Shown here piece after piece: positions 19,586-30,847 of a stretch of 64,000 bases of DNA; position 1 is the first letter of the stretch, and every line of letters begins with the position of its first letter. The stretch covers positions 4,075 through 68,074 of the forward strand of contig JAXLRB010000020.1 in the NCBI GenBank assembly GCA_046331325.1, in the 5' to 3' direction. Source of the DNA: Vicinamibacterales bacterium (GTDB taxonomy: Bacteria > Acidobacteriota > Vicinamibacteria > Vicinamibacterales > UBA2999). A program made the position numbers and the translations under genes. Under the pieces are notes generated by a model. That model searched no databases. It had not been told where the DNA came from and saw only the letters and a list, made by a program, of their open reading frames with translations.

Positions 19586-20656
19586 TCAGCGGGGCGTGAC
19601 GGCCACCCAGCGCCGCTGCGCCCCTGACTGGCGCACCGCGTCGAGCACACGCTGGTTGGCGAGCCCATCGGCGAACGTGGCGCCGCGGGCGAGCGGCCGC
19701 GCTTCGCGGATGGCCGCGCACAGCTCCCGCAGCGCGGCCACCACCGAGACGTTCCAGATGCCGCCGTTCACGCCGGGCAGGCTGGCGTTGGCGTCGGTTT
19801 CGGTGATGTCGTCGAAAGAGCCGCCGGCGCGGGCGAACCACAGGCGCTCGTCGTCGTTGTGCAGCCGGATCGTGCCCTTCGAGCCAAAGATCTGCGTGAC
19901 GTTGTTCATGTTGTGGGCGGCCACCCCCGACAGGAACACCTGGGCGACGGCGCCACCCGCCATCTCGGCGGTGAAGTAGGCCACGTCGTCCGCGGTCGCG
20001 GTCCAGCGCTCGCCCGACGCCTTGTCGACCCGGTCGGGCACCACCACCGGCGCGGCGCCCGTGACCCACGCCACTTCGCCCAGCCACCAGCGCAGCAGAT
20101 CCACCTGGTGGCTGCCGTTGGCCCCGAGCCGTCCACCGCCGTGCTCGGCCAGGCTCCACCAGTCGCCCTTCGGCCGGCTGGCCGGGTCGTTCCACGACGG
20201 ACCGATGTTGGTGATGACCACGTGCCGCACCTCGCCCAGATCACCGGCGGCGATGAGCGATGCGATCCGCGCCCGGTTGGGGTTGAAGCGCAGCTCGTGG
20301 TCGATCATGTGGAGGCGGCCGGCGGCCTCGGCCGCCACCAGCATCGCCGCCGCCTCGGCGGCGTCCATGGCCGTGGGTTTCTCGCAGAGGACGTGCGCGC
20401 CGGCAGCGAGCGCGGCGAGCGCCTGTGGCGCATGCTGCACGGTGGGCGTCGCGATGCACACCAGATCCAGACGGTGCGCGTCGAGCATGGCGCGCCAGTC
20501 GTCGTAGGCGTGCGGCACGCCGAATTCGCGGGCCGCCGCCTCGGCGCTCGCGCGCCGGGCTGACGCGATCGCCACCACGTCGGCGCCGGGCACGTGCCGG
20601 AATGCCGGCAGGTACGCCGCCTTCGCGAAGCTGGCTCCGATGATCCCAATCTGCAT
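19586..20656 (-). CDS. Gfo/Idh/MocA-family NAD(P)-dependent oxidoreductase
   Basis: N-terminal Rossmann MQIGIIGASFAKAAYLPAF. The EKP motif (VLCEKPTA) is typical of the family. Confidence 0.85.
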   Translation of the reverse strand: MQIGIIGASFAKAAYLPAFRHVPGADVVAIASARRASAEAAAREFGVPHAYDDWRAMLDAHRLDLVCIATPTVQHAPQALAALAAGAHVLCEKPTAMDAAEAAAMLVAAEAAGRLHMIDHELRFNPNRARIASLIAAGDLGEVRHVVITNIGPSWNDPASRPKGDWWSLAEHGGGRLGANGSHQVDLLRWWLGEVAWVTGAAPVVVPDRVDKASGERWTATADDVAYFTAEMAGGAVAQVFLSGVAAHNMNNVTQIFGSKGTIRLHNDDERLWFARAGGSFDDITETDANASLPGVNGGIWNVSVVAALRELCAAIREARPLARGATFADGLANQRVLDAVRQSGAQRRWVAVTPR

Positions 20657-20665
20657 GCGGACTCC

Positions 20666-21535
20666 TCAGGCGCGCTCGCGCAGACGCGGGTCGAGCACGT
20701 CGCGCAGCCAGTCGCCCAGGATGTTGAAGCTGAGCACGGTGAGCATGATGGCGAGCCCCGGGCACACCGCCAGCCACCATTTGTTGGCGAGCAGCGTGTC
20801 GCGGCTCTCGGCCAGCATGCTGCCCCAGGTGGGCACGGTCGCCGGCACGCCGAGACCGAGGAACGACAGCGCCGCTTCGGTCAGGATGACGCTGGCGACG
20901 TTGAACGACGCGATCACGGTGAGCGGTCCCATCAGGTTCGGCAGGATGGTGCGGAAGAGGATCGACGCCGTGCCATCGCCCAGCGCCCGGGCCGCCTCGA
21001 CGAACTCCTTCTCGCGCAGCGACAGCGTCTCCGCCCGCACGATGCGGGCGTAGGTGACCCACTGGCCAAGGCCCAGCACGAGCACGAGGTTCACGAGTCC
21101 GGGTCCCAGCACCACGAGGAACATGATCGCCAGCAGCACGAACGGAAACGCGAGCTGCATGTCGCCGAGGCGCATCGTGGCGTCGTCGATGCGCCCGCCG
21201 AAGTAGCCGGCGCACAGGCCGGCCAGCACGCCCAGCACGCCGCCGACCGCGATGGCGGCCAGGCCCACCAGCAGCGAGACCCGCGCGCCGTAGACCAGGC
21301 GCGACAGCACGTCGCGGCCCAGGCCATCGGAGCCCAGCACGTAGGTGCCGCTGACGGCGCTCGCCGTCATCGGTGGCGCCAGGCGCGCCGCCAGATCCTG
21401 GCGGTTCGGGTCGGCGGGCGACAGCCAGGGTGCGGCCGCGGCCACGAGCGCCACCACCGCCAGAATGGCGACGGCCAGCAACGGCCACCGCGCCTTCACG
21501 AGCGAGCGCCACGCCCGGCCGCCGCCCGTGCTCAT
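20666..21535 (-). CDS. ABC transporter permease (DppC/OppC-type)
   Basis: ATG 21535 within ORF 20666..21784, with an ATGA overlap onto the upstream permease. Contains the binding-protein-dependent transport EAA-like region (EFVEAARALGDGTASILFRTILPN). Confidence 0.9.
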   Translation of the reverse strand: MSTGGGRAWRSLVKARWPLLAVAILAVVALVAAAAPWLSPADPNRQDLAARLAPPMTASAVSGTYVLGSDGLGRDVLSRLVYGARVSLLVGLAAIAVGGVLGVLAGLCAGYFGGRIDDATMRLGDMQLAFPFVLLAIMFLVVLGPGLVNLVLVLGLGQWVTYARIVRAETLSLREKEFVEAARALGDGTASILFRTILPNLMGPLTVIASFNVASVILTEAALSFLGLGVPATVPTWGSMLAESRDTLLANKWWLAVCPGLAIMLTVLSFNILGDWLRDVLDPRLRERA

Positions 21536-22521
21536 CGCCGGCCTCCCGCCAGGTCGACCCTGGGGTCGAGGCGCACGTAGACGAGATCCACCAGCGTGTT
21601 CAGCAGCACGAAGTTGACGGCCAGGAGGATCACACCGGCCTGTACGAGCGGGATGTCGCGCTGGTTGATGGCGTTGAACAGCAGCCGTCCGATGCCGGGA
21701 TAGCTGAACACGGTCTCGGTGACGACGACGCCACCCAGCAGGAAGCCGAACTCGAGTCCGAGCATCGTGACCACCGGCAGCCACGCATTCCTCAGGGCGT
21801 GGTGGATGATCACCACGTCCTCGGCCAGCCCCTTGGCGCGGGCGGTGCGCACGTAGTCCTGCCCGAGCACGTCGAGCATCGATGACCGTACAAGACGGGT
21901 GTTGCGCGCCAGCGAGTACGTGGCCACGGCCAGACCGGGCAGGATGAGATGCGCCAGCGCGTCAGGCAGATTGCGCACCGCGGTCGCGATCTCGCCGTTG
22001 ACCAGGGGCAGCAGTACCGGCACGTGGCCAGAGATCGGCAGCCACCGCAGGTAGAGACCGAACACGAGGATGAGCATGATGCCCATCCAGAAGTTGGGGA
22101 CCGACTGCCCGACCAGGCCGAGCAGGGTGATGGCGCCGTCGGTGGCGGTCCCGCGACGTCGTGCCGCGAGGACGCCAAGAGGCACGGCGACGCCGACGGC
22201 GAGCACGAAGGCGAACACCGCCAGCTCGATGGTGGCCGGGAAGGCGCCCAGCACGAGATCGAGGGCCGGCTGGCGGTACGACAGCGACTGCCCGAAGTCG
22301 CCGCGGGCGAGCCCGGCGACGAAGCTCAGATACTGCACGTGCAGCGGCCGGTCGAAGCCGAGCGCGTGGCGCACGAGCGCCACCTCCTCGGCGGTCGCGC
22401 GCTCGCTCACGAAGAGATACGTCGGGTCGCCGCCCGCCTGCAGGGCGAGGAAGCTGACGAGCGTCACGCCGGCGATCACGACCAGGCTCTGCACGAGCCG
22501 GCGCGCGATGTAGGTGCCCAT
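21532..22521 (-). CDS. ABC transporter permease (DppB/OppB-type)
   Basis: MGTYIARRLVQSLVVIAGVTLVSF N-terminus and DYVRTARAKGLAEDVVIIHHALRNA motif. Confidence 0.9.
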   Translation of the reverse strand: MGTYIARRLVQSLVVIAGVTLVSFLALQAGGDPTYLFVSERATAEEVALVRHALGFDRPLHVQYLSFVAGLARGDFGQSLSYRQPALDLVLGAFPATIELAVFAFVLAVGVAVPLGVLAARRRGTATDGAITLLGLVGQSVPNFWMGIMLILVFGLYLRWLPISGHVPVLLPLVNGEIATAVRNLPDALAHLILPGLAVATYSLARNTRLVRSSMLDVLGQDYVRTARAKGLAEDVVIIHHALRNAWLPVVTMLGLEFGFLLGGVVVTETVFSYPGIGRLLFNAINQRDIPLVQAGVILLAVNFVLLNTLVDLVYVRLDPRVDLAGGRR

Positions 22522-22528
22522 TCGGCGA

Positions 22529-24094
22529 TCAGCCTTTCGGCCGGGCCTCGAACCCGAATACCCGTTCGTCGGGCCGCGCCTTCCACTCCACGCGCGACGA
22601 CACGCCGTAGAAGTCGGGCTGGAAGTAGAGGTGCAGCCACGGGCCGTCGTCGTAGAACACCTGCAGCATCTCGTCGATGAGGCGGCGCTGTTCCTCGGGC
22701 GATGCGGCGTCGATCATGGCGTCCCAACGCTCGAACCAGCGCGGATCGGACCAGTTCGTGTAGTTGGTGCCCGATTCGACCCTGGCGATGTCGTTCATGT
22801 CGTAGATCGGGCTCCACAGCGCGCCGCCGGTGCCGAGGAAGAACAACGGCCCGGCCGACTTCTGCCGGATGAGCGGCGTGTAGACGCTGGCCCACTCGAG
22901 GAGCTGCAGATCCACGCCGATGCCGACGTCCTTCAGGTACTGCGCGATGGCCTGCACGACGTTGGCGTCGTTCAGGTAGCGGCCGCGGCCGGCCTGGAAC
23001 GTGATCGGGAAGCGGATGCCGCCGGCGCCGCGCCGCCAGCCCGCCTCGTCGAGCAGCCGCTCGGCGGTGGCCGGCTCGTAGGGATACGGCGTGAGCGCCT
23101 TGTTGGCGTTGGCCGCGTTCACGAGGCCGGTGGCCCGCGTGCAGTCGACGCGCAGCAGCTGCTTGCAGATCGTGGGCACGTCGATCGCGTACTGCAGCGC
23201 CCGCCGCACCTTCGGATCGGCGATGGCGCGGCCGCCCGGCGTGTTGCGGAACGACTCCGCCTGGTTGAAGCCCACGTACATCCGCCGTGTGCTGGTCACC
23301 GGCTGCACGTGGGCGCGGCTCGACTGGTTGATGGCGTCGATCTGATCGGGCGCCACGTTGGTGATGATGTCGACGTTGCCGGCGATGAGCTCGGCCGAGC
23401 GCGTCGACGCCTCCGGGATGATCCGCCACACGATGCGGTCGAAGGTGCCGGCCTGCCCCACTTTCTCGAGCACGATCTCGGAGCCGCGCGTCCACGACAC
23501 CAGACGGTAGGGGCCCGAGCCAATCGGCGCCGTCGCCGCCTGATCGGCGCTCATCTTCTCGTAGCTGTCCTTGCAGTGGATGCCGATCTCGGTGAGCAGG
23601 CCAAAGGCGATCGGGTTCCGCTTCGCGATACGGATGCGGACGTGCCGGGCGTCCACGGCCTCGGCGCCCTGGAACCCGATCGACGTGAAGACGAAGCCGG
23701 GCGAGTTGCCGGTGAACTTGTTGGCCGGATCGGCGATGCGATTGAAACTGTAGGCCGCGTCTTCCGCGGTGAGCGGCTCGCCGTCGTGGCAGGTGAGCCC
23801 GTCGCGCAGCGTATAGGTGTACTGCGTGCCGTCGTCCGACACCGTCATCTCGGTGGCCAGGTCGGGCACGTGCCGGCCGTCGGCGTCGAGCGCGAACAGC
23901 GACGAGAAGATGTGCTGGGCGATGTTCTGGTTGTCGCGGCTGGCGATGTTGGCCGGCTCGAAGGTCGTGATGTCGGCACTGAGGCCGACGACGAGCGTGG
24001 TGCCCGCCGGCGCGCCCGGCCGCGTGTTCCGCAACGCCACCCCCGCCACCAGCGCCACGACGGCGGCGACCGCGATCCAGCGAACCTTCGTCAT
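22529..24094 (-). CDS. ABC transporter substrate-binding protein, family 5 (peptide/nickel/opine type)
   Basis: ATG 24094 within ORF 22529..24163, preceded by GGAGAGGA. Signal-anchor MTKVRWIAVAAVVALVAGVAL. Length and motifs match SBP_bac_5 (LVVGLSADITTFEP, TYTYTLRDGLTCHDGEPLTAEDAAYS). Confidence 0.85.
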   Translation of the reverse strand: MTKVRWIAVAAVVALVAGVALRNTRPGAPAGTTLVVGLSADITTFEPANIASRDNQNIAQHIFSSLFALDADGRHVPDLATEMTVSDDGTQYTYTLRDGLTCHDGEPLTAEDAAYSFNRIADPANKFTGNSPGFVFTSIGFQGAEAVDARHVRIRIAKRNPIAFGLLTEIGIHCKDSYEKMSADQAATAPIGSGPYRLVSWTRGSEIVLEKVGQAGTFDRIVWRIIPEASTRSAELIAGNVDIITNVAPDQIDAINQSSRAHVQPVTSTRRMYVGFNQAESFRNTPGGRAIADPKVRRALQYAIDVPTICKQLLRVDCTRATGLVNAANANKALTPYPYEPATAERLLDEAGWRRGAGGIRFPITFQAGRGRYLNDANVVQAIAQYLKDVGIGVDLQLLEWASVYTPLIRQKSAGPLFFLGTGGALWSPIYDMNDIARVESGTNYTNWSDPRWFERWDAMIDAASPEEQRRLIDEMLQVFYDDGPWLHLYFQPDFYGVSSRVEWKARPDERVFGFEARPKG

Positions 24095-25125
24095 CGGCTG
24101 ATCCTCTCCTGGTGGCGATCGCGCGGATCCACGGTCCGCCCGGTCGCCGACGACTCGATGCACGCCTCGACCATCCGCAGCGACGACAGGTGGTCATCGC
24201 CGGAACACGGCAGCGGCGCGCCCTCGCGCAGGTGGGCGACGAACGCCGCCAGCAACGCCGCGGCGTCGTCGACCCACGGTTCGGTGGCCGGCAGCGTGAC
24301 CGGCGTGAGCGTCGGGTCGTCGCGATGGGCGTAGCCGAGGGCGCCGAACATGTCGGCCTGTAGGACGACGCCGCGCGGCGTCTCGGTGCGCCACATGAAG
24401 GTCATGGGCTGCCAGTTGCCGGCCCACGTGCCCTGGTAGGTCACCTGGAGCCCGCCGGTGAAGGTGATGAGCGCCGAGACGTTGGCGTCGCCGCTGTACA
24501 TCGACCACGACGGGTTGAACGTGCGGGCGGCAATCGCCACCGGCTCGGCGTCGTAGACGAACCGCATGAGGTCGAAGTGATGGATTGACTGTTCCCAGAG
24601 CATGGGCTGATCCATCGTGAGCGGGTACTTGTTGAGATGCGGCTGCTGGCCGTCGCGCCAGCGTTCGTAGGTGAAATGCGCGAACTCCGGCCGGCCCATC
24701 CGATCCGGCGTGAGCAGCGCCTTGAGCGCCTGCGTCACGGCGAGATAGCGGAAGTTGAGGCCGACGACTAGCGGCACACCGGCACGAGCGGCCGCGGCCA
24801 CGTAGGCCTCGGCCGTCGCCACGCTGTCGGCCAGCGGCTTCTCGGCCAGGATCGCGAGCGACGCGGCGCACGCCGCGCCGATCTGATCCTCGCGGCCGCC
24901 GGGCGGCGTGCAGAGCAGCACGGCGTCGGCCGGAACGCGCGCGGCCACCTCGGCGAGCGTGGCGCCGCCGACCACACCTGGCATCTCCGCGAGCGTCGCG
25001 TCGACGGCCTCGGGCCGCGTGTCGACGACGCCGACGACGCGGCAGTCGGGGCGGGCCGCGATGACGCGGCGCCAGAGGCGCGCCCGGGCGCCGAGTCCCA
25101 CGAGGATGAGGCGCACCTCGCTCAC
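24091..25125 (-). CDS. Gfo/Idh/MocA-family oxidoreductase
   Basis: GTG 25125 preceded by GGAGGTG, with a GTGA overlap onto the upstream stop. Rossmann VRLILVGLGARARLW and ILAEKPLA motifs. Confidence 0.75.
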   Translation of the reverse strand: MSEVRLILVGLGARARLWRRVIAARPDCRVVGVVDTRPEAVDATLAEMPGVVGGATLAEVAARVPADAVLLCTPPGGREDQIGAACAASLAILAEKPLADSVATAEAYVAAAARAGVPLVVGLNFRYLAVTQALKALLTPDRMGRPEFAHFTYERWRDGQQPHLNKYPLTMDQPMLWEQSIHHFDLMRFVYDAEPVAIAARTFNPSWSMYSGDANVSALITFTGGLQVTYQGTWAGNWQPMTFMWRTETPRGVVLQADMFGALGYAHRDDPTLTPVTLPATEPWVDDAAALLAAFVAHLREGAPLPCSGDDHLSSLRMVEACIESSATGRTVDPRDRHQERISR

Positions 25126-26036
25126 GCGCGCACCTCCGCGCCGGCCAGGGCCGCGAGGCCGTCCGCCGGCGAGGTCCACGACAGCGGACCGAGACGATCG
25201 AGATCCGACGGCTGCATCGGCGCCTTCATGCCCGCGATCGCCGGGCCCGTCTCCACGCGCGCGCCGGGCACGAGCGCCGCGATGAGCGCGGCCATCGCGC
25301 TGTCGGCGACGACGTGCGGACTGGCGAGATGCACCGGCGCCGCCGCCGGCGGCGCCATGACGAGGCGCGCGAGGGCCGGCGCGAGGTCGGACACGCAGGT
25401 CCAGTCGCGGCGAGGATCGTTGGCCGGCACGACCAGCGGTTCACCGCGGCGCGCCGCCTCGATCCAACGCGCCACGAGCGAGACGCGGATGCGCGAGGGG
25501 CGGACGAGTTCGTGCGGGCCGTAAAGATAGCCGAGCCGGACGACGTGGGCGGCGATGCCGTCGAGCGCCTCGAGCGTGAGACGCTCGCCCGCGCGCTTGG
25601 CCACGGCGTACGGCGTGCGGCTGGTCGGCACGTCGGTGTCGCGCAGGCACTCGGCGCCATCGCCGGGCGCGAACACGCCACTCGAGCTCAGGAACACGAA
25701 CGCTCGCGGTGTCGTGCGCGCCGCGTGGGTCAGCAGCGCGAGCAGCGGCTGCACGTTGGCGGCGATGTGCGCGGCCGGCGTCCACCCGAGCTCCACGGGG
25801 TCGGTCGTGATCGCCGCCGCGTGCACGATCACCGAGGCCTCCGGCAGATCGTCGGTGGGCGCGGCGGTGAGATCCGTGGTGACGAGCCGGGCCGCCACCA
25901 GCCGCGCGCGCGTGGGCGCGTCGAACGCGCGATCGACGGCGATCACGCGCCAGCCGAGGGCGAGGAACCCCTCGGCGAGTGCGCTCCCCACGAACCCGCC
26001 GGCGCCGGTGACGAGAACGTCCGAAGGCGGCGTCAC
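25122..26036 (-). CDS. NAD-dependent epimerase/dehydratase family protein
   Basis: GTG 26036 (GTGA overlap with the GntR stop). VLVTGAGGFVGSAL Rossmann motif and YAVAKRAGE (YxxxK). Confidence 0.75.
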   Translation of the reverse strand: MTPPSDVLVTGAGGFVGSALAEGFLALGWRVIAVDRAFDAPTRARLVAARLVTTDLTAAPTDDLPEASVIVHAAAITTDPVELGWTPAAHIAANVQPLLALLTHAARTTPRAFVFLSSSGVFAPGDGAECLRDTDVPTSRTPYAVAKRAGERLTLEALDGIAAHVVRLGYLYGPHELVRPSRIRVSLVARWIEAARRGEPLVVPANDPRRDWTCVSDLAPALARLVMAPPAAAPVHLASPHVVADSAMAALIAALVPGARVETGPAIAGMKAPMQPSDLDRLGPLSWTSPADGLAALAGAEVRA

Positions 26037-26728
26037 GGCAGGCGCTCCGCGACGCTGGCCGGATCGAAGCTGGCCAGCGCGTGCGTGTGTTCGGCGATGA
26101 GCCGTTCGGCCAGGGCGCCGTCGCGCGCCGCCAGCGCGCGCACGATCGGCGGATGGTTCGCGGCGATGTCGGCGAGGTTCACGTCGCGGTCGTTGCGCAG
26201 CGACATGATCTGGTGGATGCGGAGATAGAGACCCGCCCAGAGCTGCCCCAGCAGCATGTGATCCGAGAGCTCGATGAGCCGCCGGTGGAACGCCTCGTCG
26301 GCGGCGACGAGCGCCACGCGATCCCCGGCCGCGGCGGCCTGCTCCATCTCGCGGCAGGGCTGCCACAGCGCGTCGACGGCCGTGCCGCTGGCCAGGATGC
26401 GCCGTGCCGCGGTGACCTCGAACACGGTGCGCATCTCGCAGGTCTCGACCACCTCGCGCACGGTGAGTGGCTTGACGCGTTTCCCCTTGTAGGCGACGGT
26501 CTCGACCAGCCCGTCGTTCTCGAGGATCTGCACGGCCTCGCGAATCGGCGCCCGGCTCACGTTGAGCTGCTCGGCCAGCGCGGTCTCGACCAGCACGTCG
26601 CCGGGTCGCAGGCGGCCGGTGACGATGGCGCGGCGCAGCTGATCGGCGATCTGCACCTTGAGCGGCGTCTGCTCGATGGGCGCCAGCGCCGCCGATGCAC
26701 CGCCGGCGAGGAACGAGGACTCAGCCAT
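26033..26728 (-). CDS. GntR-family transcriptional regulator, FadR/FCD subfamily
   Basis: Winged-helix LKVQIADQLRRAIVTGRLRPGDVLVETALAEQLNVSRAPIREAVQILENDGLV plus an all-helical FCD-like C-terminus. ATG 26728 is preceded by GGGAGG and overlaps the upstream stop by 8 nt. Confidence 0.9.
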   Translation of the reverse strand: MAESSFLAGGASAALAPIEQTPLKVQIADQLRRAIVTGRLRPGDVLVETALAEQLNVSRAPIREAVQILENDGLVETVAYKGKRVKPLTVREVVETCEMRTVFEVTAARRILASGTAVDALWQPCREMEQAAAAGDRVALVAADEAFHRRLIELSDHMLLGQLWAGLYLRIHQIMSLRNDRDVNLADIAANHPPIVRALAARDGALAERLIAEHTHALASFDPASVAERLP

Positions 26729-27221
26729 GCAGGCCTCCCGGGAGGGTGGGCGCGGACGCGACGACCGTGATCGGCGGCACGTCGGCGAACAGGTCGTCGT
26801 CGGGACGGCCGCGCCACATCAGCACCGCGAAGCTGGCCTCGCGGTCGAGCACGGTGATGCCGGCGTGCCATACGCCGGCGCGATAGACGACGCCGAGCGT
26901 GGGCGGTAGCAGGAACGCGCGCGTCGAGGCCGGATCCGGCGCGCCGGACGCATCGGCGCCCATCACCGTGACGACGTACCGCGCCACGTCGAGCGGCAGG
27001 AAGGCCTGCGCGGCGTGGGGATGGCGCTCCACGCGGGCGATCGAGAGCGGCAGGGGCGAGGCCGCCACGCGGTTGACGTGGAACTGCGGCCGCAGGCCGG
27101 CCACCGGCGTCAGCCACTCGCTGTACATGCGCCGCTCGCCGACGTGTGCCGGCGCTTCGACGAAGGTGCCGAACGGCGCGAACAACGCGGCCTCGGCGGG
27201 CACGAGCGCGGTGCGCGTCAC
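26721..27221 (-). CDS. ureidoglycolate lyase (AllA)-like cupin protein
   Basis: GTG 27221 (GTGA overlap). Motifs FAPFGTFVEAP, ERHPHAAQAFLPL and GVWHAGITVL match my memory of the ureidoglycolate lyase family pattern. Confidence 0.65.
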   Translation of the reverse strand: MTRTALVPAEAALFAPFGTFVEAPAHVGERRMYSEWLTPVAGLRPQFHVNRVAASPLPLSIARVERHPHAAQAFLPLDVARYVVTVMGADASGAPDPASTRAFLLPPTLGVVYRAGVWHAGITVLDREASFAVLMWRGRPDDDLFADVPPITVVASAPTLPGGLHG

Positions 27222-28132
27222 GCCGCGCCCTCCGGCGGCGGCACGTGCGCGCGCCAGTGCGCGGCGATGTCGCCGCGGCGACAGATCCACACGCCGTCGC
27301 AGGTCTGCAGGTGATCGAGGAACGCGCGCAGGCCGGCGATGCGGCCGGGCTGGCCGATGATCCGCGGGTGCAGGCCGATCGACATCATCCGCGGATGCCG
27401 CTCGCGCAGCAGCTCGTTGGCGTGGTCGATGAGGAACTCGCCGAACGCTCTTCCAGTGACGAGCGGCCCGCCGACCAGCTTGGCGTCGTTGGTGGCGAGC
27501 GAATACGGCACCACCAGGTGCGGGCGGCCCAGCACGGTGACCCAGTACGGCATCTCGTCGTTGTAGGCGTCGCTGTCGTAGCGGAAGCCGCCGTGCTCGA
27601 CCAGCAGCCGCCGCGTGTTCGGCGACGGCGCGTAGCGGCAGTACCACCCCTCCGGCGCACGGCCGAGGAGCCGCGTGAGGCTGTCGTGGGCGCGGGCGAT
27701 GTGCGCGCGTTCGGTGGCCTCGTCGAGCAGGTAGTGCTCGATCCAGCGCCAGCCATGACACACCACGTCCCAGCCGGCGTCGGCGATCGCCTTCGCCGCG
27801 GCCGGATGCCGTTCGAGCGCGAGCGCGGCGGCGAAGACGGTCACCGGCACGCCGCGTTCCTGGAACAGCCGGTGGAGTCGCCAGAAGCCGACGCGGCTGC
27901 CGTATTCGAACATGCTCTCGGCGCCGAGATCGCGCTGCCCCACAGGTACGCGCGCCTGCGCCACCTCGGTCAGCGTGGCGTCGGAGCGGCCGTCGCCGTC
28001 CTGGAACGAGTACTCCGAGCCCTCTTCGTAGTTGAGGACGAAGTTCACCGCCAGGCGGGCGCCGCCCGGCCAGCCCACCTCGGGCGGCGTGGCGCCGTAC
28101 CCCACGAAGTCGCGCACCGGCCCGGTCGTCAC
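27218..28132 (-). CDS. puuE: PuuE-type allantoinase-like enzyme (polysaccharide deacetylase fold)
   Basis: Strong match to remembered PuuE motifs: DFVGYG, NFVLNYEEGSE, MFEYGSRVGFWRL, CHGWRWIEH, GGFRYDSDAYNDEMPYW, LVVPYSLATND, MMSIGLHPRIIGQPGR and VWICRRGDIAAHW. Confidence 0.75.
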   Translation of the reverse strand: MTTGPVRDFVGYGATPPEVGWPGGARLAVNFVLNYEEGSEYSFQDGDGRSDATLTEVAQARVPVGQRDLGAESMFEYGSRVGFWRLHRLFQERGVPVTVFAAALALERHPAAAKAIADAGWDVVCHGWRWIEHYLLDEATERAHIARAHDSLTRLLGRAPEGWYCRYAPSPNTRRLLVEHGGFRYDSDAYNDEMPYWVTVLGRPHLVVPYSLATNDAKLVGGPLVTGRAFGEFLIDHANELLRERHPRMMSIGLHPRIIGQPGRIAGLRAFLDHLQTCDGVWICRRGDIAAHWRAHVPPPEGAA

Positions 28133-28136
28133 TCGC

Positions 28137-29132
28137 CTAGTCCCGCGTGCCTTCCACCTTGCAGAAGAAGCAGCACCACTCGCCGGTGGTCACGTTGGGC
28201 AGCGCGCGCAGGCCGAAGATCATGCCGTCGGCCGGCGCCACGAGCTCGGCCTGCGTGTCGCCGAAGATGTTCGTGATGCGGGCGATGGGATCGCCCTTCT
28301 TCATCATCCGCAGGAAGCCGACGCCCGGCTCGGGCAGGAAGAGGCCCGAGGCCGGCGCGAGCAGCGCTTCCTGGTTCCCGCGGTAGCGCGGCGACGGGTA
28401 CTGTGCGGCGCCGGGATACATCTTGTAGTGCCGCAGGATGTTCAGGATGGAGTTGGCGAGTTCGCGGCCGACGCGCGCGAACTCCGCGGGCGACGTCGCC
28501 GAGCGGCCGCCTAGCTCCACCGTGACGCCGACCTTGCCGTTGTCCTTCATGTGCGCCATCGGGCTGCCCTTCGGGCTGATCGACGACATGATGCAGCCCC
28601 AGCCCGGTCCCATCGCGGTGGCCAGTTCCACCGACGCCGGCGACTCGTCGACGAAGATCGCCTTGTCGAGGAACGAGTGCGCGCCGCCGGAGTGGATCGA
28701 GATCTCGAAGTCGGCCGTCGCGATCATGGCCGCGGCGTGCGCGGCCGCCATGCGTTCGGTGAGATAGCCGTTGGCGCGGCCCGGATAGATCCGGTTCATG
28801 TCGTAGCTGAAGGTGTCGAGCGGATTGCCGCGCTGCGCCGCCTCGAACGCCGGCACGTTCATCACCGGCACGAGCACGACCGTGCCGGCGAGCTTTGCTG
28901 GATCGATCTCGCGCATCGCGATCTGGCACGCCAGCGGACCCTCGGGCTCGTCGCCATGGATGGCGCCATCGACCCAGAAGCACGGGCCGCCGGCCGCGCC
29001 GTTGATGACGACGACAGGAATCTCGAGCGGCGTGCCGCCGGCGAGCGTGGTGACGGGAATGGCGCCGCGCACCGAGGTGCCCGGGGCGGCGGTGGCGGTG
29101 CCGACGGTGACGGTCTTGGCAGCGGACATCAT
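28137..29132 (-). CDS. succinylglutamate desuccinylase/aspartoacylase (AstE/AspA) family zinc deacylase
   Basis: ATG 29132 (1-nt TGATG overlap with the upstream stop). Motifs GAIHGDEPEG, NRIYPG and ISIHSGG are typical of the M14-like AstE/AspA family. Confidence 0.75.
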   Translation of the reverse strand: MMSAAKTVTVGTATAAPGTSVRGAIPVTTLAGGTPLEIPVVVINGAAGGPCFWVDGAIHGDEPEGPLACQIAMREIDPAKLAGTVVLVPVMNVPAFEAAQRGNPLDTFSYDMNRIYPGRANGYLTERMAAAHAAAMIATADFEISIHSGGAHSFLDKAIFVDESPASVELATAMGPGWGCIMSSISPKGSPMAHMKDNGKVGVTVELGGRSATSPAEFARVGRELANSILNILRHYKMYPGAAQYPSPRYRGNQEALLAPASGLFLPEPGVGFLRMMKKGDPIARITNIFGDTQAELVAPADGMIFGLRALPNVTTGEWCCFFCKVEGTRD

Positions 29133-29624
29133 CAGATCCCCTGGAATTCCTGGTACTTCTTCAGCTGTTCGGGCGTGTAAACCTGCATGAACTCGATCTC
29201 GATGCCGCCCGCCTCGTTGTCGAGGAACGCCACCCAGCCTTCGGGATGTGGGTGCGATCCGTACTTCTGGCAGGCCTGGCAGATGCGCAGCGAGGCGCCC
29301 TGCGCCTGCGCGTGCGCGAGGGCGGCGTCGATGTCGTCGACCTCGTAGCAGATGTGGTGCAGGCCCTCGGCGCCGCGCTGATCGATCCACGCGGCGAAGC
29401 GGCCGTTGGGCTGCATCGACTCGCAGAGCTGAGTACTCGATGCCGCCCAGGTGGAACAGCGCCACGCGGTTCTGCGACTTCGGGTACACCTTGATCTCGG
29501 TGTCGGGCGGCACGTGGAGGAACCGCGCGTAAGCGGCCAGGGCCGCCGCGGCATCGCGCACGGCGAACGCCATGTGCTTGATGCTTTTCACGTTCAGGTT
29601 GTCGGACTTGGTCATGGTGGTCAT
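29132..29624 (-). pseudogene. VOC/glyoxalase-fold protein (methylmalonyl-CoA-epimerase-like), frame-disrupted as sequenced
   Basis: The N-terminal half (MTTMTKSDNLNVKSIKHMAFAVRDAAAALAAYARFLHV...VALFHLGGIEY) is in one frame. The C-terminal half (QLCESMQPNGRFAAWIDQRGAEGLHHICYEVDDIDAALAHAQAQG...GGIEIEFMQV) is in the +1 frame (track ORF 29132..29554). The junction is near 29428-29440. Deleting one nt would restore GGIEYQLCES. Confidence 0.6.
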
Positions 29625-29653
29625 CGGGATCAGTGGCGTGGGTCCGACCCTAT

Positions 29654-30842
<1,189 letters not shown>

Positions 30843-30847
30843 CGGCG